From: Vicugna vicugna
Taxonomy: Eukaryota
DNA: 64,000 bases
Assembly: GCA_013265495.1 (NCBI GenBank)
Contig: MU058868.1
Coordinates: forward strand, 248,001 to 312,000
Direction: 5' to 3'
The translations under genes were made by a program, and so were the position numbers. The notes under the pieces are model-generated. The model ran no database searches, was not told the origin of the DNA, and worked only from the letters and a program-made list of their open reading frames with translations. Position 1 is the stretch's first letter, and the number at the start of each line of letters is the position of its first letter. Positions 25,701-35,851 of the stretch are shown in pieces.

Positions 25701-28700
25701 AGCTGGGGCAGCAGCACGGGAGGCAGTTGGGGGATCTCCACGAGCTTTCTCCATCAGCGCTGTTTCTAAGAACCGGACTCTCCCGGGAGCAGAGTTGCGT
25801 TATCTCCCCTGTGCGCCCAAGATCACAGCCTGCTACCTACCTGACAGGGAGACACGGCCCCACGCAGACGGCAGGGCCATGAGAGGAGGAAGGAGAGCCC
25901 CCTCCCCAGGGTGGCCACCTGCCATGGAGATCTCCCCCTACTGTGTCCCGCTCCGGGCACTTACACGCCCATGGACGCCCCACTCTGGCCCCCCAACCAT
26001 GCCCACTGGGAGCCGCTCCAGCAGCTTCTTTTACCTTCATGTCCTCTGGACACATCTTTCTCCAGGACACACCTAAGATGGACCCAGCCGTTCCCCCAGG
26101 CCAGAGTATCCCCTGGGCTCCCACCCCAACTCCACCATCACCCCCCAATCCCCTGCAACTCTGGGAAGCTACAGACACCCAGACCTCAGCACTGTCAGGA
26201 TCATCATGGCCCTGACACCAGGGACTGCGCTCTGCGAGTAGTCAGGACCCCACAAGTGCTGCTGTGGTGAACGTTTCTATCCCGGGCTGGGCGCTGTCAC
26301 CGTAGTTAATGGCTGACCTCAAAGCTGCCCATTTGCCGGGGCGGGGAGGGGCACAGCGAGCATTCGGGACCAGATGGGGGCTGTCGCATCCCGATGGTAT
26401 CAACCAGCTGCCCAAGCCCCATGCCCCTGCTGCAAAGACCCTGCCTATCTGTGCTCTGTGGTATCCGAAGAAGAAACGTCCACTCAGAGCCCTCCCTGGG
26501 AGAGAGGGCCCAGCTGCACTTCCTCAGTGGGAGATGTGCCACGGCAGCCCAGCCATCTTCAAAACCCACCCGAGCAAGCGCTGAGCACCCCTACAGGAGG
26601 GTCTGGGTCCTCTGCCTCCACGACACCAACCTCAGTGGTTTCTGAAACCTGCGGCCAAGAGTCCTGACTACCACAGGGTCCCGCGACTGCCGCTCCAGCC
26701 ACACCGTGCACTCCCTGCGCCCTCACCCGATCACAACGGAGGAGCCCGCTGAGAGCTGTGGCCAGAAGGCAGCAGGCGGACGTCCAGGGCTTGGGAGGTG
26801 ACATGGGGGTGTCCTCATGGCTTCTCAGGTGAGCCCTGACCCCAGAGAGAACACACACCCTTGAACAGGAACCACACCACGCGTGGCACACAAGCATTCC
26901 AGTAAACGGGTGCTGATGCCTCAGGTTCACATACCACCTGCCACACAGACTACACAACGGCTGCAGGCCTTGCTCTAGCTACACCGCAGTGGCCACACAC
27001 CACGTCGTCCGCCTCACCCGCCGCGAGTCCAGAGGACAAAGCAGCCGCACAGAGGTGGCGGCCTGAGTGGCGAGACCCTAGCCTGGGCACAGCGACCCAC
27101 CCCTGTTATCCTTTCTAGCAGAGGAAGCAGGAGCACAGCTTCCAAGACAAGAGGACACAGAATGTACTTGAAGTCCACCAGGACTGGGCATCTCAGAGCT
27201 GTGGGTACTCCCGATAACCTGCTTTAAAAAAGTGAAAATTTTGAACAAATTCTGGAAAGATTAGAAACCTATCTGGCTCCACAGTTCTGCCCTACAACTC
27301 ACTTCAGGTGACAAGTGCAAATTCCAAAAAGCTACAAAGACCAATGTTTTTTCCCTAAGACATGTGATAGCGAAACCTGATCTATTACAAACTCACGTGG
27401 GGCAACACCTGACATGAAGTGCGGTGAAGCTGTCAGAAGACTTAACTATCCCACAGAGAGGATACTCACTCATTCAGTGACAAACACATTCATGCATTTG
27501 ACCGTACAACACTTCCTCAAGTCCCGGGGCAGTATCCCAGGACACACAGGAACGCACTGTTTTTCTAAGTTCTGAAGAACTCTGACACACAGGTAGGTAC
27601 CCAAGGGTTTTGGGTTTGGGCCCTTGCTCATGCTTATACAAGCACCTTGAATTCCCAGTCTACGAGCTTTGGAGGCTGTGAACCACCGGTGAAGTTTAAG
27701 AGGAGGAAGTCCACAGCTCACAGCCGCACTGTGACTGTGGCTCCTGACCTGCCTAGACAGCCAGGGGAGCGCACTCTGTGGCACAACCACAGCAGCTGCC
27801 CCGTTTCCTTGTTCTTCATTCTAGGTGTTAAGCCACGGGCATGAGCTTCCTTCTTTCCATGACCCGCTTCCCCTCCCACTCTCCTACCCCTGGCCTGCCC
27901 CTGCACCTGGCAGGGGTTCATTCTCACCCCTTGCACCTCAGCTGGGCCCCTGCAGTGAGCTGTCTTTTTAGAGCATGTGTCTTACTTTAGGTTCCACAAG
28001 GCAGAAACCATGTACTCTCCACTATAAACTTTCGGAAGAAACAAAATACTTGCCTGCTGTCTTCAGAATAAATGGACTGATCTGGGGAAACTCTCGCTCT
28101 AGCAGATATGCCAAAATATCACACTTCATAATGTTACTAGAGATACGGCCCCACCACACCCCCATTCCCAAAAGAGCCTAAAATTTCTTCACCAAATCAA
28201 CCCAAATCTCTTTGCTTCTGACCCTGGAGAAAAAGTGTGTGATGATGCTAAGGCCAGAGTAGTGCCTCAGGCCTTCAGGAGACGGGCATCAAAATGGTCA
28301 GCTGGTTGAGCTCAAATGGCAGCAGGGGTGCCCGCCGTTGACAGGGTGAGCCTACAGGTCTGAGAGCCACCAGAGACAGGCTTGGTCGTTCACTCTAGCG
28401 CTCCCCCGCCCCATCCTAACACAGGGGATATAGTTCTGTTTCAGCACCAGCCCCAAAGCCGTCTGTATTTAGCTGGCGAGCGCTACAGCTAGCGGAATCC
28501 AACATACCCTTGTACGCGCCACTGGACAACAAAGAAAAACCCAGAGGAGAAAACAGGACCGCGGCAACACTGGTGATAAATTCTAGTGCGAGGAAGGGAA
28601 GGGAGAGGGCGTTCAGGAAGCTAGAAACAGCAGCAGAAACACAGCCGACTAAAGCTCTACCCGGAAATTCCTCCCCGACGGACCAGCCCAACCTGCAATG

Positions 28701-29451
28701 TTCGGTACAGATAACAGCTGTTAGCTCAGCTCTCCGTAAGTTCCATGGACTCACAGACAGACGTTCGAGGCAAGGGGAACGCTCGGATGGTAAGACGGGA
28801 AAGCCTGGTTAAAGGACACTGCGCCGGCTGTCCAACGCTCCAGGAGAGCGGAACTGCAATCACCCACGCCCAAGTTCCCGGCACCTGAGGAGAGCCAGCC
28901 CTACCTCTGTCCAGAGGTCCAGTCGCGTCCCACTCCCCTACTACTGCCCTAGATGCGAGGGAAGGGCCGTGGCTTATACCCACCCAGCCCCACTGCCCGC
29001 CCCCAGACTCCAGCCTGCAGCCCTGCAGCACCCTTCCGCCCCGCCACCGCCTGCACTGTGGCCCCGCACTCACGCTCCCCGCCTGCCCAACGTCCTTCCC
29101 ACCGCCACAGCCCCTCCCCCAGGCGCGGTCGGCCCCACGCCTGCTGCTTCCACTCCCCTGCCCCAGCCTGACCCCAGGCCTCCGACAAGGAAGTGCCCAG
29201 CCCGACACCGGCCTCACCCTCAGCAGCCACCTCCCGGCCGGCCGTGACCCTCGGCCCCGCGGCGACCCTCCCCGCGACCGGCTCGCGCCCCCGGCCCCGG
29301 CCTCACCCTCGGCCAGGACGCGCCGCACCCGCAGCCGCAGCTCGCCCATCTCCACCGTCTGCCCCACGAAGTCAGTCTGGTCGCGGCCGGCAGCGCCACC
29401 CAGGGAGCCCGGGCCCGCCAGGAAGTCGAGCGCAGACTGCAGCAGCGACAT
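4368..29451 (-). CDS. GAK: Cyclin G-associated kinase (auxilin-2), 5' part: exons 1-11 (kinase domain and start of PTEN-like region); gene continues beyond window start
   Basis: join complement(29307-29451,19523-19584,18783-18842,17818-17932,15515-15657,11931-12056,9363-9452,7978-8113,7619-7731,6102-6174,4368-4491) = 1187 nt, open frame, all GT-AG. Starts MSLLQSALDFLAG. Kinase motifs AEGGFAFV, YALK, HRDLKVEN, DFG and TTPMYRTPE are present. Exon 12 was not found in 1-4367. Confidence 0.98.
6102..6174 (-). CDS. GAK: GAK exon 10 (73 nt)
   Basis: LLEQSGGYGNVAPPGGPTSSSYSG; ttgcag / GTGAG; phase 0 to 1 fits neighbouring exons. Confidence 0.9.
7619..7731 (-). CDS. GAK: GAK exon 9 (113 nt)
   Basis: ATLKVNPEERLSISELVNQLQEIAAARNVNPKAPITE; ccacag / GTAGG. 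Confidence 0.96.
7978..8113 (-). CDS. GAK: GAK exon 8 (136 nt)
   Basis: ALGCILYLLCFRQHPFEDGAKLRIVNGKYSIPAGDTRYSVFHDLI; ctgcag / GTAAG. Confidence 0.97.
9363..9452 (-). CDS. GAK: GAK exon 7 (90 nt)
   Basis: ITRNTTPMYRTPEIVDLYSNFPIGEKQDVW; ttcag / GTGAG. Confidence 0.97.
11680..11824 (+). mobile_element. L1 3' terminus with A-tail
   Basis: GATGGTGGGACAGTTGCACAAGGATGTGAACGTACTTAA...AAATGGTTAAGACAGTAAATTTTATGTTATGTG followed by A-runs. Confidence 0.7.
11931..12056 (-). CDS. GAK: GAK exon 6 (126 nt)
   Basis: VENLLLSNQGTIKLCDFGSATTISHYPDYSWSAQRRALVEEE; gcag / GTGAG. Confidence 0.97.
12230..12850 (+). mobile_element. Degenerate L1 ORF2 fragments
   Basis: GCTGACAAACTGATCCAAAATTTAC and similar segments. 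Confidence 0.5.
14597..14643 (+). repeat. 14-bp minisatellite AGGGCAACCCGGGG, about 3.3 units
   Basis: agggaaaacccgggg agggcaacccgggg agggcaacccgggg agggc. Confidence 0.85.
14850..15200 (+). mobile_element. Degenerate L1 (L1ME-like) fragment
   Basis: GGGAGAAGATATTTGCAACAC, CATTAATCAGGAAAAGGCAAATC. Confidence 0.55.
15515..15657 (-). CDS. GAK: GAK exon 5 (143 nt)
   Basis: QLVEFLKKVESKGPLSCDTVLKIFYQTCRAVQHMHKQKPPIIHRDLK; ttgtag / GTAC. Confidence 0.97.
17818..17932 (-). CDS. GAK: GAK exon 4 (115 nt), contains gatekeeper and hinge
   Basis: KKLSGHPNIVQFCSAASIGKEESDTGQAEFLLLMELCK; ccacag / GTCAG. Confidence 0.97.
18783..18842 (-). CDS. GAK: GAK exon 3 (60 nt)
   Basis: RLLSDEEEKNRAIIQEVCFM; atacag / GTATC. 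Confidence 0.96.
19523..19584 (-). CDS. GAK: GAK exon 2 (62 nt)
   Basis: GFAFVYEAQDLGSGREYALK; tttcag / GTAAA. Confidence 0.96.
22641..22698 (+). repeat. (GA)29 perfect microsatellite
   Basis: Counted directly. Confidence 0.95.
23590..23930 (+). mobile_element. MLT1-type MaLR solo LTR
   Basis: CATGTTGAAGCCCCAGCCCCCAGTGTG...GGGAGGTGATTAAGTT...GACTCCAAGCCTCCAGGAC...GCAGCCTGAGCAGATGAAGA. Confidence 0.7.
29307..29451 (-). CDS. GAK: GAK exon 1 coding part (145 nt)
   Basis: GCCGCC-ATG at 29451; MSLLQSALDFLAGPGSLGGAAGRDQTDFVGQTVEMGELRLRVRRVLAE; GTGAG donor at 29306. Confidence 0.97.
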
Positions 29452-29686
29452 GGCGGCGGCCGGCAGCGGGCGCCGGGCGGAGGGCTCGGGGTCCAGCGGC
29501 GTCCGGGTCCGCTGGGCAACCGCCGGCCGCGAGCCGCCCCAGCTTCCGCCCGACGGCGCGACGCAGGCGCGGGGCCGCGGCGCCGCCCGGAAGAGCGTAG
29601 CGCCTCACTTCCGCCTCGCGGCGGCTGCGCGTGCGCAGAGCGCTGCTCGCGGTTCGCGCGTGCGCGGCGCGCCGGCCTCGAGACGG

Positions 29687-29735
29687 ACTTCCGCCGTCGA
29701 GCTCGCGGGAGGTGTTTGCGGCGGCTCCCGCCCAG
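29687..29735 (+). other. TMEM175: Putative non-coding exon 1 of TMEM175 (TSS approximate)
   Basis: Donor CAG|GTAGCC at 29735/29736 just downstream of the promoter motifs. The human gene has a non-coding first exon head-to-head with GAK (recalled). Confidence 0.6.
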
Positions 29736-30599
29736 GTAGCCCGGCTCCCAACCGTCCCCACGTGGCTGTTTCTGCGGAGACTGCTGCTCAGGGGCTCGCC
29801 GTACGGAGGGCGGCGTGTGCCGGGCCGCGCGGCGGAGGAGCGGGTCGGGGGACGTCCCCGAGCGATCGAACTCCCGCGACGCCGGGCAGCGGGGAGCTCC
29901 TCGCCCGTCGGTTTGGTGGGGTCCGCGGTGTCTGTTGTTTTTTTTTTTTAATGAGTTGGTTGTTAATAAAAGACTTACGCTTTAAATACCCAGTCCTGCA
30001 GCTTCCGTAGGAAAATCAGATCTGGCAACATTGGATCCAGAATCCCGAGTGTCACCAATCACCTAGAGCTGCCCCTCAGGTAAGACACGACCACTCGCCT
30101 GACCCACTTGGCTCACTTAAGTTACCTGGCTGCTTCCTGCAGGTACCTGTATGGAGTGTTCGTTCCCAAACTGGAAGAGGCAGCCGAAAGCCCCAGTCGG
30201 CGGCCTAACCCTCCTAGAATTTCAAGCTATTAAAAATCTCTTTCCAGACAGGTTAACACGTGTTATTCTTATAATTATAATAAAGTAGCTTAGTCCATAC
30301 AGTGCTTTCTAAGTGTCCAGTTTAGTGAGCCTAGCATACCTTGGAGAAGAAGTCACAGTACAGTTAATTCCCGCCCACCCTCCGCTTTGGGCGTGACACA
30401 TGCTCAGCAGTGTCATTCCTCAGCCACGTGGCCAGGGTCCACCCAAGTCAGGCGGCCTTTCCACCAGCTTGCCTGTCTGGGCAATGGAATACAGAGACTG
30501 GGGCTCGGGAAGGAGAGAGACAGATGTTTGTTGGTCCCTAGCATATGGGTGGCAGTTGACTTGAAGGGAGCACCAGTGGCGACAACGAGGTTGGACTAA

Positions 30600-31340
30600 A
30601 AGAGGTTACAGTCTTCAGAGCGAAGAGTGGCCAGGGAAGCAGGAATAAGACCAAGGGAACGTTATGTCATGGGGCCAAAGAGAGAAGATGTTTCTAGGAG
30701 AGAAAAGATACTTAAGCGTGTCAAATGCCATTTGAAAGTCAAATAGGAAAAGGAGTAAAAGGTGTATGTTGGATTTAGCAACAGTGAGACTTTTGATGAT
30801 CTTGCTAAGAGTAATACTGTTTCATTGGCATGGTGGGCTGACCAGAAGTCGAAGGATACAGAAATGGAGATGTAGGTAACTGGGTGTTTGGCTGTGGAGG
30901 AGGAAGTGTGGGAGCTTGAGTGATGATGGTGCAGAGATGATTTAAGATGGGAGGTTCTGGAGCAGCCTAAAGCTGGTGGAAGGGAGCCAGTGAGAGAGGT
31001 TTGCTAGGGCAGAAGAGGCAGGTGTGAAGCGAGGTCCTCTGCAAGGTAGGAGGGAGTGACATGCAGCGAAGTTCTCTTTGAACACAGGAAAACCACTTTT
31101 AAGTGTCACAGAAAGGAAGATGGGTTGCCGTTGCAAGTAACTTGTGTTTACTGGGATGAAAGCAAAGGGATTCTCTGATAACTTCTATTTTCACTGTGAA
31201 TAAGGAAAAGAAAACATCTACTGAGAATTAGAAGGAAAGTAGGAGCTGAGAGTTGAGCAGTGTGGAAAGAAATCCAAAATAGCTGTTGCAGAAAACCTAG
31301 TGAATAACTCAGTGGAAAGTGTGATACAGTCTGAGGGTTC
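30600..31340 (-). mobile_element. L2 fragments
   Basis: GTGTCAAATGCC...TTGGATTTAGCAACAGTGAGAC are typical antisense L2 segments. Confidence 0.55.
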
Positions 31341-31525
31341 ATTTGAGTTTGAGGCTGTGAATTCATTCTGGCAGGACCTAGGGTCAGGTGGAGATTTCTA
31401 AACAGTGCGATGACTTTGAAGTGAGAGTCTGTTCAGACTTGGTGTTTCATGCCTGTGGAGCACCTGTCTATACTGGCCCTGTCCTAGGTGCTCTGGTAAC
31501 ACTGTCCTAAGCCAGATCTTTTTCT

Positions 31526-31603
31526 GGGGTGGGTAGAGTGCGTGCTTAGCATGCATGAGGACATGGATTCAATCCCCACTACCTCCATAAAAAAATCAAA
31601 AAC
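31526..31603 (+). mobile_element. 5'-degraded copy of the same camelid-type SINE
   Basis: GGTAGAGTGCGTGCTTAGCATGCATGAGGACATGGATTCAATCCCCACTACCTCCATAAAAAAA. Confidence 0.7.
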
Positions 31604-32187
31604 ATATCTGTCTCCAGACCACACTTCCCTCCTGAGCTCTTAGACATTTAGTCTTAGACAGCACACCTCATATATATGTGTCTGAAACTGAATTTATAGT
31701 CTTCACCCCCAAACTTGTTCCCTCTGTAGTAGATTTCATAACAAAGACTATTACCAAAAATTAAGATCATTATATAATGTTGAAGGGGTAAATTCATAAA
31801 AGACATGACAATACTAAACAGCTTTGCACCTAATAATAAAGCTTTGAAATACATGAAGCAAAACTAATAAACTAAAATAAAACTAAGCAAGGAGAGATAG
31901 ACATACCCACTGTTGAGGTGGACACTTCAATACGTCTTTCTCAACAAAAGATGAGCAAGTACCCCGAATCACCAGGGACGTGGTAGAGGTGAGTGACACC
32001 ACTGACCAGCCTGACTGGACATGTGTGGAATGCTCTACATGGTGACAGTGGCACACACAGAGTCGAACACGTAAACAACACGGACCAAGATGGGGCACGC
32101 TCTGGGCACATGCGCTCTGACCACAGTGGAGTTAAGGTAGAAATCAACCGCAGATATATGGAAAATCACCCACGTGATCATCCATGT

Positions 32188-32389
32188 CAGTGTTTCCCAG
32201 CCTTGGCACCACTGACATTGTGGACCAGGTAATTCCTTGCCAGGGTGGAGAGGTGTCCAGTGCACTGTAGGATGTTTGGCAGCTCCAAGGTACCAGGAAC
32301 ACACACCACTTGTCATAACCAGAGGGTCTCCAGGCATTGCACATGTCCCTTGAGGGGCAAAATTCTCGGTTCTCAGTTAAGAATCACTG
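32188..32389 (-). mobile_element. MER20-like hAT-Charlie DNA transposon fossil
   Basis: CAGTGTTTCCCAGCCTTGGCAC...GGGGCAAAATT...AAGAATCACTG resembles the reverse complement of the recalled MER20 consensus; it interrupts an L1 fragment. Confidence 0.7.
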
Positions 32390-32781
32390 CTCTAGATTTA
32401 AAAACAAAGAAGAAAGAAAAGTTCCTAGAACTGGCAGGTGAGCTTAGTCAGGCTGCAGGGTACATGGTTAATACGTAAAAAATACATGTTAATTTTAAAT
32501 AACTGGCAACAAATACTGGAAGTGGAAATTAAGAAAAAGACACCACTTAAAACAGCATCAAAAATAATAAATACTTGGGATAAATCTGAAAAAAAAAGAT
32601 GTGCAAGACTTATAAACTGAAAAATGAAAAACTTTTAGAGAAACTAAAGACCTTAATAAGTGGAAAGATACACAGTATTCGTTAACTTAGAAGATTCAGT
32701 GTTGGAAATCAAATTAATCAGTCAATGCCATTCCAGTTAAAATCCCAGCAGACTTTTTTTTGTAAAAATTGACACACTGTC

Positions 32782-32922
32782 GGGGGGAAGGCATATAGCT
32801 CAGTGGTAGAGCGTGTGCTTAGCATGGTCCTGGGCTCAATCCCCAGGACCTCAGTTAAAAAATAATAATAAACCTAATTACACCCCCCCAAAAAAACAAT
32901 AAATTTTAAAATAAAAATAAAA
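32782..32922 (+). mobile_element. tRNA-derived SINE, camelid Vic-1-like, near full length
   Basis: GGGGGGAAGGCATATAGCTCAGTGGTAGAGCGTGTGCTTAGCATG...GGCTCAATCCCCAG...AAACCTAATTACACCCCCCCAAAA. A box and degenerate B box, A-rich tail. Inserted into an L1 fragment. Family name from recalled consensus. Confidence 0.8.
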
Positions 32923-34169
32923 ATCAACACTGGTTTTAAAATTCACTTGGAACTGCAAAGAAACTAGAATAAGTCTGAACAAGAACAAATTTGTGTGCCT
33001 TTATTTTCTGACTTCTGTACTTACAAAGCCGCAGTAATCCAGGTGGTGTGACACTGGTATGAAGATGACAGAAGTAGATCAATGGAACAGGATACCAAGC
33101 CCAGAAACTGGCCCCCAAGTAAACGTATGGTCAGTTGACTTTGGATAAGGAGTAAAGGTAATTGGAGAAAGGGTAGTCTTTTTAACAAATGATGTTTGAA
33201 ACATTGGATATCCATGCGTTTAAAAAATGCTCATCCGTACTTTGCATCAAAATAGATCATAAATCTAAACGTGAAACCTAAAGCTTCTAGAAAACAGTCT
33301 GTGAGGGTTTTCACTGTAGCAGCAGAGAGCAACCCACAAAAGAACAGAGAGCCAGGACTCGTCAGCGTTGAGAGCTTCAAAGTGCATTGTGATGATGCGC
33401 TTCCTAGGTTGGTGGACACACTGTGGTGCTCTGTGACGTGGGATCTTACTCAGTGATGAGAAGAGACGAGCTGCCAAGCCCCCAAAAGACGGGGGCCTTA
33501 AAGTCACTTACTGAGCAAGAGAAGCCAGTCCGAAAACACTACCTACTGTTTGATTCCGGCTGCGTGACACCTTGGAAAAGGGAAGATGTGACAGGTGCCA
33601 GGGGCTTCAGGGGAGGCAGAGGCAGCTGGGGGCACGGGATCTTAGGGCTGTGGAAGTGTCCCGTGTGCCTCTAATGGCGAGGGCAAGTCGCCCACTTGTC
33701 AGAACCACCCATGGGACCAGAGCACGCAGTGTGGCCTGGCCGTCCGGTGTCCAGCTGTGCCACACCGTGGCAGGGAGCTGACGGTATGGGAACTAACTCT
33801 ACTTTCCCTCAGGTTTCCTGCAGACCTGAAACTGCTCAAAAAGTAGTTACCGATTTAAAAAATCTATACGTGTGTATTGTTGAGGAAATGAAAACACAGC
33901 CCAGAATGGGAGAAGACAGCTGATAGTGGAATGTACGGAATGTATAAACCACACACACGTGAACAAGCTTGCACGGACACAGCAAGGGAAGCCCGCAGTC
34001 CCTGCGCCGTCCCTGCAGTGAGGTCCAGGCCCCTGAGTGAGCACACGAGGCTCTACGAGTGAGCCCCAGCCCACCTCAGGTGCCCCTCGCAGGCTGTGCC
34101 CGGGCTCCAGCCCTCGTGCTGTGGTCACACCACGCTCTCTGTCACACACACGCACAGCCAGTTCCTCTT

Positions 34170-34270
34170 TGTCTTCAGTAACCCTCACAGCATTGAAAAT
34201 GAGAAGAGGCAGTTTGCATGAAGTACTCGGAACAGTGCTTGGCACTCAGTGAATACTTGATAAATGTCTC
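34170..34270 (+). mobile_element. MIR/L2-tail fragment
   Basis: GAACAGTGCTTGGCACTCAGTGAATACTTGATAAATG resembles the MIR/L2 3' end. Confidence 0.5.
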
Positions 34271-34501
34271 TCATGTTCTCGTCACTTTGTCATAAATATT
34301 TGCAGACGCCCCTTGTTCTGAGGGCTTCGCCAGACTCAGTCCACCCAGGGAAGCTCCGTGCTCCACGGTGCCCTGAGGCGTCTCTGGGACAGCGCTGACT
34401 TGCTGTGGGGGGCTGTCCAGCCCCAGTCTGCCGCTGACGCCCGGCGCAGGGCGTGGTGCTCTCCAGGGTCACAAGCCTTCGTTACTGCCGAAGTACGTTA
34501 C

Positions 34502-34519
34502 TAACGAAGTACTTCGTTA
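34502..34519. repeat. Perfect 18-bp palindrome TAACGAAGTACTTCGTTA
   Basis: Checked base by base; embedded in a mosaic of short duplications at 34478-34525. Confidence 0.9.
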
Positions 34520-34639
34520 CTTCGTGTTGTACAAGTTTTCAGCTTTTCCTCCTATTGTCATTGGAACTTTAAAAGTCTCCTGTCTCTTCTCTCATTAAAG
34601 AAAAATCATTTCTCAACTCCGCCCTCCTCTACTGTCAGT

Positions 34640-35851
34640 CCTGTTTTCTTCCTTCGTCACCACGAGTCTTAGGACTTGTGTGTGACGCAGGTTACGTGCA
34701 GCTGACATGTTTTTGAACATGTATTGTGCCAGGCCCTGGGATGTATTTGCCCATAGTAAAGTACACATAACAAAATCTGCCATCTTAACCCTCTAAGCGC
34801 ACAGCTCAGGGGCATGAGTACTTTCACACCGCTGTGCGGCCGTCGCCACCACCCGTCCCCAGAACTCTTCATCCTACAAAACTGAAACTCTGTTCCTGCT
34901 GAGCAGTAACTCCCTCCTCCCCACCAGCCCCGCCAGCCGCCATTCTACTTTCTGTCTGCAAGGCTGACTCCTCTAGGGACCTCGTGTAAGTGGACTCACA
35001 CAGTATTTGTCCTTCTGTGGCTGGCTTATTCCACTCTGCATAGTGTCCTCGGGTTCATCCATCTTGTAACAGGATAATTTCTTTCCTTTTTAAGGGAGTT
35101 CAATTAACATTCTGTTGTAGATGTATTTGCCACATTTTGTTTAGATGTTCACCCATAGATGGACACTTGGGTCATCCACCTTTTGGCTACTGAGACCCGG
35201 GCCACATTTTTAGTTAATTTTTGGATGTGGTGTAAGATACTCTCCAAATTCAGTCTTTGGTATGTTGATATCCAGTTGTCCCAGCAACATTTGTTGAAAA
35301 GAATTCTTTCTCCACCGAATGGTCTTGACACCCTTAACGCAAATCAGTTGACCACAAACGTAGAGGTTTACTTCCGGACTCTGATTTCTCCACTGGCCTG
35401 TCCGTCTGTCTTTATGCTGGTACCACACTGACTTGACTAGCATGGCTTTGCACTAAGTTCTGAAATTGGGAAGTGCAAGTCCTCACCTTTGTTTTCCGTT
35501 TTCAAGATTGTTTTGGCTACTCTTTAAATAGCCAAGGGTTCCTTAAATTTCCATATGAGTTTTAAGGTCAGCTTGTAAACTCCTACAGGGAAGGCAGTTG
35601 GAAGTTTGATAGGGACTGAGCTGAGCCTGTAGCTCATTCGTGACAATGCTAAGTTTCTTAATCCACGAGCAAGGGCTGTCTTTCCCCTTATTGGGGTCTT
35701 TAATCTCTTTAGTAACTTTTTGTACTTCTTTGTTAAACTGTGTTCCTAAGTATTTTGATGCTATTGTAAATGTAATTGTCATCTTAAGCTTATTGTCAGA
35801 TTTGTTATTGCTAGTTCAGAGATGTGTTGTTGAGTTTTGTATATTGCTCTT
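34640..35851 (-). mobile_element. L1 (L1MB-like) 3' end and ORF2 fragment, antisense to TMEM175
   Basis: CACATAACAAAATCTGCCATCTTAACC, CAGCAACATTTGTTGAAAAGAA and TTTTGATGCTATTGTAAATG are typical antisense L1 segments. Confidence 0.75.

Larger units (their letters stand above)
28950..29930. promoter_or_regulatory. CpG island and bidirectional GAK/TMEM175 promoter
   Basis: Very dense CpG. ETS/GABP cores CCGGAAG 29587-29593 and ACTTCCG 29607-29613 and 29687-29693. NRF1-like TGCGCGTGCGCA 29626-29637 and CGCGCGTGCGCG 29655-29666. No TATA box seen. Boundaries approximate. Confidence 0.85.
31740..33950 (+). mobile_element. Old L1 (L1M-type) ORF2 and 3' end fragments, interrupted by MER20 and the SINE
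   Basis: A-rich L1 hallmarks such as GCACCTAATAATAAAGCTTTGAAATACATGAAGCAAAA, GATAAATCTGAAAAAA and GACTTTGGATAAGG; no intact ORF; boundaries approximate. Confidence 0.75.

Noticed and set aside
29759-29764. E-box CACGTG near the TMEM175 promoter as a TFEB CLEAR site
   Set aside because: Flanks are C/G (CCACGTGG), not the T/A of GTCACGTGAC. The best CLEAR-like hits (TCACGTGA near 2944 and 7372) are deep in GAK introns.
32782-32860. tRNA-like sequence (TAGCTCAGTGGTAGAGC...TCAATCCC)
   Set aside because: It is a SINE head with an A-rich tail and a shortened anticodon region, not a tRNA gene.
28240-33500. TGATGA motifs as C-box snoRNA candidates (near 28240, 30921, 33390, 33453)
   Set aside because: No properly spaced D box with terminal stem; most fall inside L1 or L2 fossils.
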